This document shows, one piece after another, positions 46,592 through 55,695 of a DNA stretch of 64,000 nucleotides. Source of the stretch: Gammaproteobacteria bacterium (GTDB lineage: Bacteria; Pseudomonadota; Gammaproteobacteria; Magnimaribacterales; D2472); the NCBI GenBank assembly GCA_038141865.1, contig JAYQIX010000001.1:133199-197198 (forward strand). Reading direction: 5' to 3'. Each line of letters opens with the position of its first letter. Position 1 is the stretch's first letter. The notes beneath the pieces were generated by a model, which was not told where the DNA came from, did no database searches, and was given only the letters and a program-made list of their open reading frames with translations. Position numbers and translations under genes: made by a program.

Positions 46592-47232
46592 TTTTTTAGA
46601 AGGTTAAATCGAAATATTTTTCTGCCCTCTTTTATTGCTCTCGACTGGAATCTTGTTATAGGTAACTCTGTAAAAAGTTGTTCTTCTGTATGATGAAATG
46701 CCTTAGAATCTTCAATTGCCTCTGAGATATTTTCAGCATAATCTTCCCAGTCCGTAGAAATATATAAGCCCCCTTCTGGCTTTATCCTTTTACCAATTAG
46801 ATTTAAGAACTCTTTATTGATTAGTCTCCTTTTATGGTGCCTTGCTTTAGGCCAAGGGTCTGGACAGATAATCAGCACCCCATCAAGGATCGGAGCTTGT
46901 ATATCATCCAAAAGATTTCTGATGTCTCCATTATGAATGCGAATATTTTTTATATTAAATTTTATTATTTTTCCTATTAAAGACCCTATCCCAGACAAAT
47001 AAACCTCTGAACCAATAAAAAGTTTATCTGGATTTTCTCTAGCTATTGAGATTATATTTTCACCGTCACCAAATCCAATTTCAATATAAATTGAATTAAA
47101 GCCCTTGGCTGCATGATGGATATCATTAGTATCTAAAACCTCATAAGACTCTAAATGAGATATATTAAATTCTTGCTTTTTTGTAATTCGGCCTCTTCTC
47201 TTTACAAAAGAAGGTAAATACTTTGATTTCAT
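46588..47232 (-). CDS. trmB: tRNA (guanine-N7)-methyltransferase
   Basis: 214-aa ORF with EIGFG.GE, G.E.Y, CPDPWPK.RH.KRR and TDW..Y. Confidence 0.85.
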   Translation of the reverse strand: MKSKYLPSFVKRRGRITKKQEFNISHLESYEVLDTNDIHHAAKGFNSIYIEIGFGDGENIISIARENPDKLFIGSEVYLSGIGSLIGKIIKFNIKNIRIHNGDIRNLLDDIQAPILDGVLIICPDPWPKARHHKRRLINKEFLNLIGKRIKPEGGLYISTDWEDYAENISEAIEDSKAFHHTEEQLFTELPITRFQSRAIKEGRKIFRFNLLKN

Positions 47233-47274
47233 AAAATGTAATATTTTATAGTATTTGTAGGTGAATTTAGCTGG

Positions 47275-48135
47275 TTAGGCAGCGCTTACCATAGAAGCTT
47301 TAAGTTTTTTGAGTGCGCCTGTTTCGATCTGCCTTATTCTTTCAGCTGAAACTCCATATTCATCTGCTAGATCATGCAATGTTGCTTTTTCATCTGCGAG
47401 ATATCTTCTAAGAAGTATGTCTTTGCTTCTATCATCGAGAAGCTTAAGCGCCTCCATAAGATTAGTATTGTTGACTTTCTCTACTTCAGCATTTGAAACT
47501 AATAGCTCTGGATCATATCTTTTATCTTCAAGGTACTGAGCAGGAGACATCATTTCCTCATCATCGTTAGTTGAGGATGGGCTATCAAAAGCAGCATCTG
47601 TTGAAGAAAGCCTATTTTCCATGTGAAGCACGTCTTTTACTTCAACATTTAAGTCGTTTGCAATTTTTTCTGCCTCATCTTTAGTCAGCCACTCTAGTGA
47701 CTTTTTCTTGCTTCTTAGATTAAAGAATAACTTCCTTTGCGCCTTAGTTGTTGCAATCTTGACCAGTCTCCAATTTCTTAATATGTACTCATGGATTTCA
47801 GCTTTTATCCAATGCACTGCAAAAGATACTACTTTAACGCCTTTGTTTGGATCAAACTTATCAACAGCCTTCATAAGGCCAACGTTACCTTCTTGGATAA
47901 TATCCGCCAAAGGCAGGCCATAACCTTGATATGATCTAGCAATATGAACAACAAATCTTAGGTGATGAAGCACCAGCTGCCTTGCAGCATCAAGATCATC
48001 TTCATTATAGAGTTTATATGCAAGATCTTGTTCTTGTTCTTTGGTCAAAATAGGAATTGAATGCACAGACGCAAGATAGGATTCAATGTCCTTACCCGGA
48101 GTTGTTAAATTAATTGTCTGTAAACTAGTTCCCAT
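47275..48135 (-). CDS. rpoH: RNA polymerase sigma-32 factor
   Basis: 286-aa ORF with region 2 (DLIQEGNVGLMKAVDKFDP), the RpoH box (QRKLFFNLRSKK) and a region 4 HTH (TLHDLADEYGVSAERIRQIE). Confidence 0.95.
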   Translation of the reverse strand: MGTSLQTINLTTPGKDIESYLASVHSIPILTKEQEQDLAYKLYNEDDLDAARQLVLHHLRFVVHIARSYQGYGLPLADIIQEGNVGLMKAVDKFDPNKGVKVVSFAVHWIKAEIHEYILRNWRLVKIATTKAQRKLFFNLRSKKKSLEWLTKDEAEKIANDLNVEVKDVLHMENRLSSTDAAFDSPSSTNDDEEMMSPAQYLEDKRYDPELLVSNAEVEKVNNTNLMEALKLLDDRSKDILLRRYLADEKATLHDLADEYGVSAERIRQIETGALKKLKASMVSAA

Positions 48136-48186
48136 ATATTTAAAACTTATATTATATTATAACGATAATTTATATCGAACTGAATA

Positions 48187-49005
48187 TTATAGCAATTTTT
48201 TATTAAATTCACCTAATATTGGCATAATTTTTTGTTTAACAAGTTCATTTCTAAAACAGAAAAAGTATGGATTTAAGATTGAATCAGACTTTCCATATTC
48301 TAAAGGGGTAAAGTTACTTGCTTTTAATATTTCTCCGCCCCTACTTCTTAAAAAAGCATCGGCAGCGGCTATATCCCATTCAGAAGTGGGGCCAAACCTT
48401 GGATAAAAATCAGCCTGGTCATCGGCAAGAGAGCATATTTTTAGAGAGCTGCCCCGCTCAACAAGTTCGAAATTGAAGTTTTTATCCCTTAAATGATCAA
48501 GAAATAATTCATCAGTTTCTGTTTTATGACTTTTACTCATAACCACCCTAATAGGAGCATCTTCATCAAAGCTATTAATTGATTGGGTTTCAAATATAGA
48601 GCCATGCCAAAGCTTGCTCAGTGCTGGTGCGCCAACAATTCCAAAGATTGGTATTTTTTTTTCAATAAGAGCAATATTTACAGTAAATTCATCAGACTTA
48701 TTGATGAATTCTCTGGTTCCATCGAGAGGATCTACTATCCAAAATAAAGAATAACCATGATCAATATTTTTATTAGAAAAGGTTTCTTCTGAAATGATTG
48801 GTATTTCAGGGGTCAATTTTTTTAAATCACTTAAAATTATATTGTTTGCTGCAAGATCTGCTTTGGTGACTGGAGAACCATCTTTTTTATCTTGTTTATT
48901 TAATTCATTGCTTGCATAGACTTCCATAATTGCTGATGATGACTTTCTTACAGTTTCCTCTAAAGGGGATAAAATACTATCAATAAATTTTTTGGAGGCC
49001 TGCAT
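48187..49005 (-). CDS. cysQ: 3'(2'),5'-bisphosphate nucleotidase
   Basis: 272-aa ORF with inositol-monophosphatase-fold motifs (SPVT.AD, W.VDPLDGT.EF, WD.AA). Confidence 0.85.
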   Translation of the reverse strand: MQASKKFIDSILSPLEETVRKSSSAIMEVYASNELNKQDKKDGSPVTKADLAANNIILSDLKKLTPEIPIISEETFSNKNIDHGYSLFWIVDPLDGTREFINKSDEFTVNIALIEKKIPIFGIVGAPALSKLWHGSIFETQSINSFDEDAPIRVVMSKSHKTETDELFLDHLRDKNFNFELVERGSSLKICSLADDQADFYPRFGPTSEWDIAAADAFLRSRGGEILKASNFTPLEYGKSDSILNPYFFCFRNELVKQKIMPILGEFNKKLL

Positions 49006-49020
49006 ATTATTAATCTAGAA

Positions 49021-49656
49021 AACTATAAATTTATTTTACTTGATATTGATGGAGTAATCCTAGATCAGTGCTTTGATAATCACTTTTGGTCAAATCTTGT
49101 GCCCATTGAAGTAGCAAAAGCTAAGAATGTTTCATTTGATGATGCAAAAGCAGAGGTAGTTTCAATGGGTAAGACCTTAGAAGGCACCTTGACATGGTAT
49201 GAGTTAAGTCATTGGGAAAAATTTTTTAATATTGATTTAATTAAACCAGCATTAGAACATACGTCTCTAATAAACTTTCTGCCTGGTGCTGAAAAAACAT
49301 TAGAAATATTGAGCAAAAAAGATATTAATGTAATCCTTCTAACCAATTGTGATTCTAGGCTGCTAAATGTTAAATCAGATTCTGTTCCTTTTTTACAATA
49401 CGTTGACGCTTGTCAGTCAAGCACTGATCTTGGTTTTATAAAAGAAGAAAAGGACTATTGGGATCTAGTTTTTAAAAAATTTAAGATCGATCCCTCTGCG
49501 TCAATATTTCTAGATGATAATAAGAGCATTGTTAGGATGGCAAAAAAATGTGGCATAGAATCAGCATATCATGTACTTGAGCCTACCTCTGATAAGTCTG
49601 TAATATATGAAAGCAATGGCCTTTCGTGCCTGAAAAATATAACTAAGCTTATTTAA
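49021..49656 (+). CDS. HAD-superfamily hydrolase; start codon unresolved
   Basis: The track ORF starts at GTG 49099. However, the same frame is open upstream and encodes HAD motif I (KFILLDIDGVILD, 49027-49065). No ATG/GTG/TTG lies in frame between 48976 and 49099. HAD motifs II (LLTNC) and IV (FLDDN) are downstream. Confidence 0.55.
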   Translation, partial: NYKFILLDIDGVILDQCFDNHFWSNLVPIEVAKAKNVSFDDAKAEVVSMGKTLEGTLTWYELSHWEKFFNIDLIKPALEHTSLINFLPGAEKTLEILSKKDINVILLTNCDSRLLNVKSDSVPFLQYVDACQSSTDLGFIKEEKDYWDLVFKKFKIDPSASIFLDDNKSIVRMAKKCGIESAYHVLEPTSDKSVIYESNGLSCLKNITKLI

Positions 49657-50777
49657 TATTCACAACTAGAATCTGGGATGGAATCAAAGTCGATGATTTC
49701 AAGAATTTTAGTATGTATTTCTGTGTTATCCATTGTGCCTGTAAATAACTCAGCTCCGGGGCCATATGAAAAGACCCCAACTGGTATTCCAGTATGGCTA
49801 CCGGTACCCCATTGAATATGAACTAAGTCATTATCTTCCTTTAAAATTTGCAGTCCTCCGGTCTCATGATCTGCGGTTACTATTAATAACGTGTCATCTC
49901 TTGTGTTAATAAATTCAACTGCGGACTTAATAGATAAATCAAAATCTCTAAATTCATTAATCATCTTGCTTGCGTCATTGTCATGACTGGCCCAGTCTAT
50001 TTGGCTTCCTTCAGTCATCAAGAAAAAACCTGAGCATTCAGCAGTTCTTTTAGAAAGAATATCTAGTGCTTTTGTTGTCATGAGTTGTTGAGATGGCCTG
50101 TCAGGTGATCTTCTAATTCCATCATTATCAAATAAGCCTATTATTCTTTTAGAAGTATTTATATTTTTGAGCTCATCCAGATCATATATATATTTTATTT
50201 GATCATTGGTTTCGCTTATATCAAAAAAGTTTAGCCCTCCACCAAAAGCAATATTAATATTTGAATTCTGAAGCTGGGATGCAATCTTTTTTTCTTTATA
50301 TCTATTGTTTACATGTGCATAAAATGCAGCTGGTGTGGCATGGGTAATAGATGATGTTGCAACAACTCCTGAGAGAAAGCCCTTCTCGAAGAGAGCTTCA
50401 GTCAAAGAGGTTAATGCTTTTTCATTTGGGGTAACAGAAATAAACTTATTTTTAGTTTTAGTGCCTGTTGCCCAGGCGGTCGCAGCAGCAGCCGAATCGG
50501 TAATAATATTGTCTGCTGAGTGAGTAAGTGAAATTCCAGAATATGGTAATTGATCTATATACAATCTTGAATTAACTCCCGATATAGCCATCCTTGAAAG
50601 AGTAATTTGATTTAGTCCAGTTCCATCCCCTATCAGCAGAATTATATTTTTTGGCCTACCCTCAAATTCCTTTATTTCTAATTTAGATAGAACCTCATTT
50701 CCATATGGTATCTGCTCAACTGCGGAACTGCATGCCATTAAAGAGAAAATGAATACGATAGCAAGGTTGTTTTTCAT
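49653..50777 (-). CDS. Alkaline phosphatase (PhoA family) lipoprotein
   Basis: 374-aa ORF with lipobox FSLMAC, GDGTG, active-site TDSAAAATAW, DWASHDND and ADHETGG. Confidence 0.85.
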   Translation of the reverse strand: MKNNLAIVFIFSLMACSSAVEQIPYGNEVLSKLEIKEFEGRPKNIILLIGDGTGLNQITLSRMAISGVNSRLYIDQLPYSGISLTHSADNIITDSAAAATAWATGTKTKNKFISVTPNEKALTSLTEALFEKGFLSGVVATSSITHATPAAFYAHVNNRYKEKKIASQLQNSNINIAFGGGLNFFDISETNDQIKYIYDLDELKNINTSKRIIGLFDNDGIRRSPDRPSQQLMTTKALDILSKRTAECSGFFLMTEGSQIDWASHDNDASKMINEFRDFDLSIKSAVEFINTRDDTLLIVTADHETGGLQILKEDNDLVHIQWGTGSHTGIPVGVFSYGPGAELFTGTMDNTEIHTKILEIIDFDSIPDSSCEY

Positions 50778-50782
50778 GAATA

Positions 50783-51628
50783 TTATTGATTAGGATTGAG
50801 CGCCTTAAGTCTTAACTTTTCTCTTTCCTTGGTACTAGGAAAGATATTGTTATATATTGCACCTTCCCACTTTCCATACATAGGATTTGTGATCATGAAC
50901 CATTTTTCTCCCCACATTTCTTCATACTTTGATGATAGTTGTAGTCTTGCATCCATTGAAACCGAGGATTCTTCTAAAGAAATAAAATCTGTTATCTGAT
51001 CTCCTGCCATCAAAATGATCCTGTACTCTTCTGCTATAAGTGATCTTCTTGATGTTTTCTCAGAACCCCATCCATTTTCTCCTTTCATCATTAAAGGATT
51101 AGCGCTTTCATCAAATGGAAGACCTAGTTTAATAATATTTTCTATGGTTGATTTTCGTAGCTCTGAAACTCTATTTGTTACATAGAATATTGTGACCCCT
51201 TTTGAGTCAGCATAGTTCAAAAAATCTTTCACACCTGCAACTGCTGGAGCAGAGGCTTCGTTTCCCCATTCTAGCCACCCATTAGGATAGGAAAAACCGC
51301 CTAATATTGCTCTTGCTTGGTGAGCTGAATTGTCTAAAACCGTTTCATCAACATCAACAATAATTGCTGGGGGTTTATCTGAAAAATTAGTTCCTTGCTC
51401 AAGCGCAGCTGTCCAGCTCTTATCTTTTAGAGCAATGTCTATTTTTGAAGTTGCGATTTTATATGTTTGTATATTGTTTGCTGCAAACTCTGGAGAAGTT
51501 TGAACAAATAAGACTCCAAGCATAGATTGCTCTTGAAATGATCTATCTACTTCTTCAGCTACAACTGATGAAACAGAGAAAGCTGCAAGCCAAATGGTAA
51601 ATATTTTATGGGTCTTTAATGATTTCAT
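50783..51628 (-). CDS. Class C acid phosphatase / 5'-nucleotidase (e(P4)-like, HAD superfamily)
   Basis: 281-aa ORF with a signal peptide, DVDETVLDNS (DDDD-type motif) and GDQITDF. Confidence 0.75.
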   Translation of the reverse strand: MKSLKTHKIFTIWLAAFSVSSVVAEEVDRSFQEQSMLGVLFVQTSPEFAANNIQTYKIATSKIDIALKDKSWTAALEQGTNFSDKPPAIIVDVDETVLDNSAHQARAILGGFSYPNGWLEWGNEASAPAVAGVKDFLNYADSKGVTIFYVTNRVSELRKSTIENIIKLGLPFDESANPLMMKGENGWGSEKTSRRSLIAEEYRIILMAGDQITDFISLEESSVSMDARLQLSSKYEEMWGEKWFMITNPMYGKWEGAIYNNIFPSTKEREKLRLKALNPNQ

Positions 51629-51673
51629 TAGGTACTAGCATTATAATGCTAATAATTAATTTTTAGTAAAAAT

Positions 51674-51835
51674 ATGAACACCGAATTATTAAATAATCTT
51701 AAGCAATTAAAAAAAGATCTTGTTTTGTTAAGCGAAGAAAGGAAAGTTGTTTTATCTCATCATAAAACTTTTGAGCACGTAGAAAAAATGAGAGAGATTG
51801 TCAAAAATTCTATTGAGTTAATTGAAAATGAGTAG
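51674..51835 (+). CDS. Hypothetical 53-aa coiled-coil protein
   Basis: Below the track cutoff. MNTELLNNLKQLKKDLVLLSEERKVVLSHHKTFEHVEKMREIVKNSIELIENE. Its stop overlaps the ATG (51828) of the downstream crotonase gene (ATGAGTAG). No homology is recognised, so coding status is uncertain. Confidence 0.3.
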   Translation: MNTELLNNLKQLKKDLVLLSEERKVVLSHHKTFEHVEKMREIVKNSIELIENE

Positions 51836-52688
51836 TTATGAATGTTTTAGTCTTGAAATAAAAGATCATATAGCTCATCTTGAAATGTCTAGACCTGATG
51901 CATTAAATGCAATGAATAGAATATTTTGGAAAGAGTTGCCAGAAATCATCAGAGATATCGATAAAAATTCAAAAGCTCGAGTAATTGTTTTATCTGGTCA
52001 AGGCAAGCATTTTAGCGCTGGGATGGACTTAGCAAACTTCATGTCTGGTGAAGGAAGCGGGACAAAAAAAGATCCTGCTAGAATGAGAGAAACTTTTTAT
52101 CACGAGGTTCTAGAATTACAAGATACCTTTTCTGCTTTAGAAGATTGCAGAATGCCTACAATTGCAGCAATACAGGGAGCTTGTGTTGGAGGAGCCATAG
52201 ATATGGTGGCTGCATGTGATATGAGGTACTGTTCTGAAGATGCATTCTTTAAAATAGCTGAAGTAGATATAGGTATAGCTGCAGATGTGGGAACTTTGCA
52301 AAGACTTCCATCTCTAATTCCATTGGCGGTCGTTAGAGAACTTGCTTACACTGGAAGAAGATTTGAAGCTGATGAAGCAAAAGAGCTTGGATTGGTTAAC
52401 AAAGTTTTTGAATCTAGAGATGATCTTAGGGATGGGGTGCTTAAAGTTGCAAAAGAGATTGCAAGCAAGTCTCCGTTAGTTACAAGAGTCATAAAAAAAC
52501 AAATAAATTACTCGCGTGATCATAGCGTAAAAGATGCTCTAGATTATCATGCGGTTTGGAACTCTAGTTTAATAAGTGGTCAGGATATGGAAGAAGCTAT
52601 GAAAGCCTATATGAGCAAAACTCAGGGCAGCTATGATGATCTAGAACCTAAAAAATCTTTTTGGGAAAAAGACGAAAAGTTAGTTTAA
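51828..52688 (+). CDS. Enoyl-CoA hydratase/isomerase (crotonase) family protein
   Basis: Crotonase fold with FSAGMDL and AAIQGACVGGAIDMVAACD. It resembles dienoyl-CoA isomerase-type members. I prefer the ATG at 51828 over the TTG at 51822. Confidence 0.85.
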   Translation: MSSYECFSLEIKDHIAHLEMSRPDALNAMNRIFWKELPEIIRDIDKNSKARVIVLSGQGKHFSAGMDLANFMSGEGSGTKKDPARMRETFYHEVLELQDTFSALEDCRMPTIAAIQGACVGGAIDMVAACDMRYCSEDAFFKIAEVDIGIAADVGTLQRLPSLIPLAVVRELAYTGRRFEADEAKELGLVNKVFESRDDLRDGVLKVAKEIASKSPLVTRVIKKQINYSRDHSVKDALDYHAVWNSSLISGQDMEEAMKAYMSKTQGSYDDLEPKKSFWEKDEKLV

Positions 52689-53458
52689 TCTCGAAGAAAG
52701 ACTGGTTCGGTTGCTGATGAGTCTTCTTCAGAATAATAATATCCGTCGAGATTAAACTCCGAAAGTTTCTCAAAGTCCTTTACTTTATTTTGAATTATCC
52801 ACCTTGCCATAAGACCTCTAGCCTTTTTTGCATAGAAGCTTATTATTTTATATTTACCATTCTTAAAGTCTTTAAAGGCAGGAGCGATAACATTTGCATG
52901 CGCGGGAAGTTTGCCCATGACATTAAAGTACTCTTTGGATGCTAAGTTAATTATCAGGTCTGAATTTTGTGAAGTCAGATCTTCTAAAACGCTATTTTTT
53001 ACTTTGTCTCCCCAAAACTCATAAAGGTTTTTACCATTGGATGTCTCAAGCCTGGTGCCCATTTCTAGTCTATAAGGTCTTATGACATCTAGGGGTTTTA
53101 AAATGCCGTAAAGGCCAGATAGAATTCTTAAGTGTTTTTGAGCAAATTTCATATCTTGAGCATTGAGAGTCTCTGCTTCAAGTCCTTGATATACGTCCCC
53201 CTTGAAAACCATAAGCGATGGTTTTGAGTCATCAGATTGAGTTTTTGACGCTTTCCATGACTGATACCGATCAAAATTAAGAGTTGCTAGCTTGTCACTT
53301 AAGCCCATTAAGCTAGCTATGTCTTTAGGTTCTTTATCTTTTAAAACTTTTATTAACTTTGCAGATTGGTTTAAAAACTGAGGTGCAGTATGATTAGGTT
53401 TTGAATCAACTGAATAATCAAGTGTTTTAGCGGGCGAAAGTAAAATAATCATATTCAA
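52685..53458 (-). CDS. yaaA: Peroxide stress protein YaaA (UPF0246)
   Basis: 257-aa ORF with ILLSPAKTL, RILSGLYG.L.PLD...PYRLEM and NLAS.EY. Confidence 0.9.
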   Translation of the reverse strand: MNMIILLSPAKTLDYSVDSKPNHTAPQFLNQSAKLIKVLKDKEPKDIASLMGLSDKLATLNFDRYQSWKASKTQSDDSKPSLMVFKGDVYQGLEAETLNAQDMKFAQKHLRILSGLYGILKPLDVIRPYRLEMGTRLETSNGKNLYEFWGDKVKNSVLEDLTSQNSDLIINLASKEYFNVMGKLPAHANVIAPAFKDFKNGKYKIISFYAKKARGLMARWIIQNKVKDFEKLSEFNLDGYYYSEEDSSATEPVFLRD

Positions 53459-53489
53459 TTATTTTAACTAAATAAATAAAAGACATCTA

Positions 53490-53963
53490 ATGAAAGCCAT
53501 AGAAAAGTATATAAATTTTATAGGTCAGAAGTTTTCCTACCTTATACCTGTGATGGCACTGCTAATGGTCGTAGTCGTTGTAAGCAGATATTTTTTTGGG
53601 GTTGGCATGACCTACCTTCAAGAGCTTATTATGTATTTTCATGCAATAGTTTTTCTTGGGTGCGCCGGCTATGTTTTCAATAAAGATGAGCATGTACGGG
53701 TTGATATTTTTTATAGAAACTCATCAAACAAATATAAGAATTCAATTAATCTAGTTCTAGGATTTATTTTTTTACTTCCAATAGTTTTGTTTATTTTGTT
53801 TTATTCAGCTGATTTAATTGGTATGTCTTGGAAGATTAAAGAGATATCTACTGAGGCAGGAGGACTGCCATATGTTTATATACAAAAAACTTTAATAGTT
53901 TTATTTCCTTTGACCTTGTTGTTTGCCTTTATAGGCTTTCTTTATAAATCTTTATGGAAATAG
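53490..53963 (+). CDS. TRAP transporter small permease (DctQ-type)
   Basis: 157-aa four-TM ORF overlapping the start of the large permease gene. Confidence 0.8.
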   Translation: MKAIEKYINFIGQKFSYLIPVMALLMVVVVVSRYFFGVGMTYLQELIMYFHAIVFLGCAGYVFNKDEHVRVDIFYRNSSNKYKNSINLVLGFIFLLPIVLFILFYSADLIGMSWKIKEISTEAGGLPYVYIQKTLIVLFPLTLLFAFIGFLYKSLWK

Positions 53964-55291
53964 TACCACTAGCACTAATAATTATTATTTGTGGGTCTCT
54001 TTTATTGGGTTATCCAGTCGCCTTTACGCTTGGTGGAGTTTCTCTTATTTTTGCTTTGGTTTGTATTCCTTTTGGTGTATTTGATGCATCTATTTTTAAA
54101 AGCATCCCGATTAGGATTTTTGGAATAATGAATAATGTTACTCTTTTAGCAGTGCCATTATTTATTTATATGGGAACCATTCTTGAAAGATCTGGAGTGG
54201 CTGCAAAGATGCTTCAAAATATGGCGCTTGCTTTTCAAAACATAAGAGGTGGATTAAGCATATCAATTATTTTAGTTGGGGCTTTGCTTGCTGCTAGCAC
54301 TGGAATCGTTGGTGCAACTGTTGTAACCATGGGCTTGATGTCGTTGCCAGTATTATTGCAGCAAGGCTATCAAAAAGATTTTTCATCTGGTCTGGTTGCA
54401 TCTACTGGAACCTTGGGTCAAATAATCCCTCCATCAATTGCATTAGTTCTGCTCGGCGATGTGATGTCCAATGCTTATCAAAGAGCTCAAAATAATATGG
54501 GAATCTTTTCTCAAAAAACTGTTACGGTTGGGGATCTATTTGTTGGGGCAATAATTCCCGGCATTATGATTTGCTTTGGATACCTTTTATATACATTCTA
54601 TAAAAACTTCAAAAATCCAAACATAGTTTTTAATCCTGCAAAAGAATCTCTTTCTAGATTAGAAATTTTCAAAACGCTTGGGCTTCCGCTATCTTTAATT
54701 TTTTTAGTTCTCGGCTCAATTATTGCCGGTGTGGCTACACCGACTGAAGCTTCTGCGCTTGGAGCAATTGGTGCGCTTTTGATTGCTGCGCTAAATAAAA
54801 AAATTGATATAAATTTTATTAAAGAGACTAGCCAAAGAACTGCAATTGTATCGACCATGATATTTGCAATACTGATTGGTGCATCGATATTCTCACTAAT
54901 TTTTAGAGGGGTTGGAGGTGATGAACTAATAGATCTGATATTTGGATCTCTGCCAGGCGGGCCATATGTAGCATTATTGTTTGTTCTGTTCTTGGTTTTT
55001 TTACTTGGCTTTATTTTAGACTTTATAGAAATATGCTACGTGATTGTTCCTCTTGTAGCGCCGCCATTACTCATGATGGGATTTGATCCAGTTTGGTTGG
55101 CGATACTCTTAGCTATAAATCTTCAAACCTCTTTTTTGACTCCGCCGTTTGGATTTTCGCTTTTTTATTTAAGAGGCGTTGCAGATGAGAGCATCAAAAC
55201 ATCCGAAATATATAAGGGGGTTATACCCTTTATATTTATTCAGTTGCTAGTATTGAGCTTGGTGCTTATTTTTCCTTGGTTTATTATTTAA
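53954..55291 (+). CDS. TRAP transporter large permease (DctM-type)
   Basis: 445-aa polytopic ORF with typical DctM motifs (VPLFI.MG, GQIIPPS, PTE.SA.GA, TPP.G...F). Confidence 0.9.
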   Translation: MEIVPLALIIIICGSLLLGYPVAFTLGGVSLIFALVCIPFGVFDASIFKSIPIRIFGIMNNVTLLAVPLFIYMGTILERSGVAAKMLQNMALAFQNIRGGLSISIILVGALLAASTGIVGATVVTMGLMSLPVLLQQGYQKDFSSGLVASTGTLGQIIPPSIALVLLGDVMSNAYQRAQNNMGIFSQKTVTVGDLFVGAIIPGIMICFGYLLYTFYKNFKNPNIVFNPAKESLSRLEIFKTLGLPLSLIFLVLGSIIAGVATPTEASALGAIGALLIAALNKKIDINFIKETSQRTAIVSTMIFAILIGASIFSLIFRGVGGDELIDLIFGSLPGGPYVALLFVLFLVFLLGFILDFIEICYVIVPLVAPPLLMMGFDPVWLAILLAINLQTSFLTPPFGFSLFYLRGVADESIKTSEIYKGVIPFIFIQLLVLSLVLIFPWFII

Positions 55292-55661
55292 GACTCAAGT
55301 AATGGGTTTTTTCCCCACTGATTCTCATCTTCTTTTGCTGGAAGCATGCACCAGACAAAAACAACAAAAAAACCAATCACTGTAATATAGGAAAGTTGCC
55401 ACCATCCAGAAAATCCATAATCTTGTAAGCGTCTTGAAGTAACGGCAAGACTAGGAATTAATAACAAAACATTTAATATTATTGAAAATGGCCGGTTAGC
55501 TTACAAATCTTCAAAATCAATGGTTGAAACTCAATTATTCCAACAACAAATCCAAGCAAAGTTGAGGCCAAAACAAAATACCAAAACTCACTTCTACAGG
55601 CTCTGCCACTAAAATTATTCCAGTTTGATAATACTGAAATTACTGCTTCCTTCATGTTCAT
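55288..55661 (-). pseudogene. DUF805 (YhaH-like) membrane protein interrupted by a 1-nt frameshift
   Basis: The N-terminal ORF (55479..55661) carries the R..RSEFW.F motif. A second frame (55288..about 55497) encodes PFSIILNVLLLIPSLAVTSRRLQDYGFSGWWQL...NQWGKNP, the DUF805 C-terminal half. The shift falls within GGCCGG (55490-55495). Length plus 1 nt is divisible by 3. Confidence 0.6.
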
Positions 55662-55695
55662 AATAATTACCTCAATTGGATCTATGCACTTAAAG

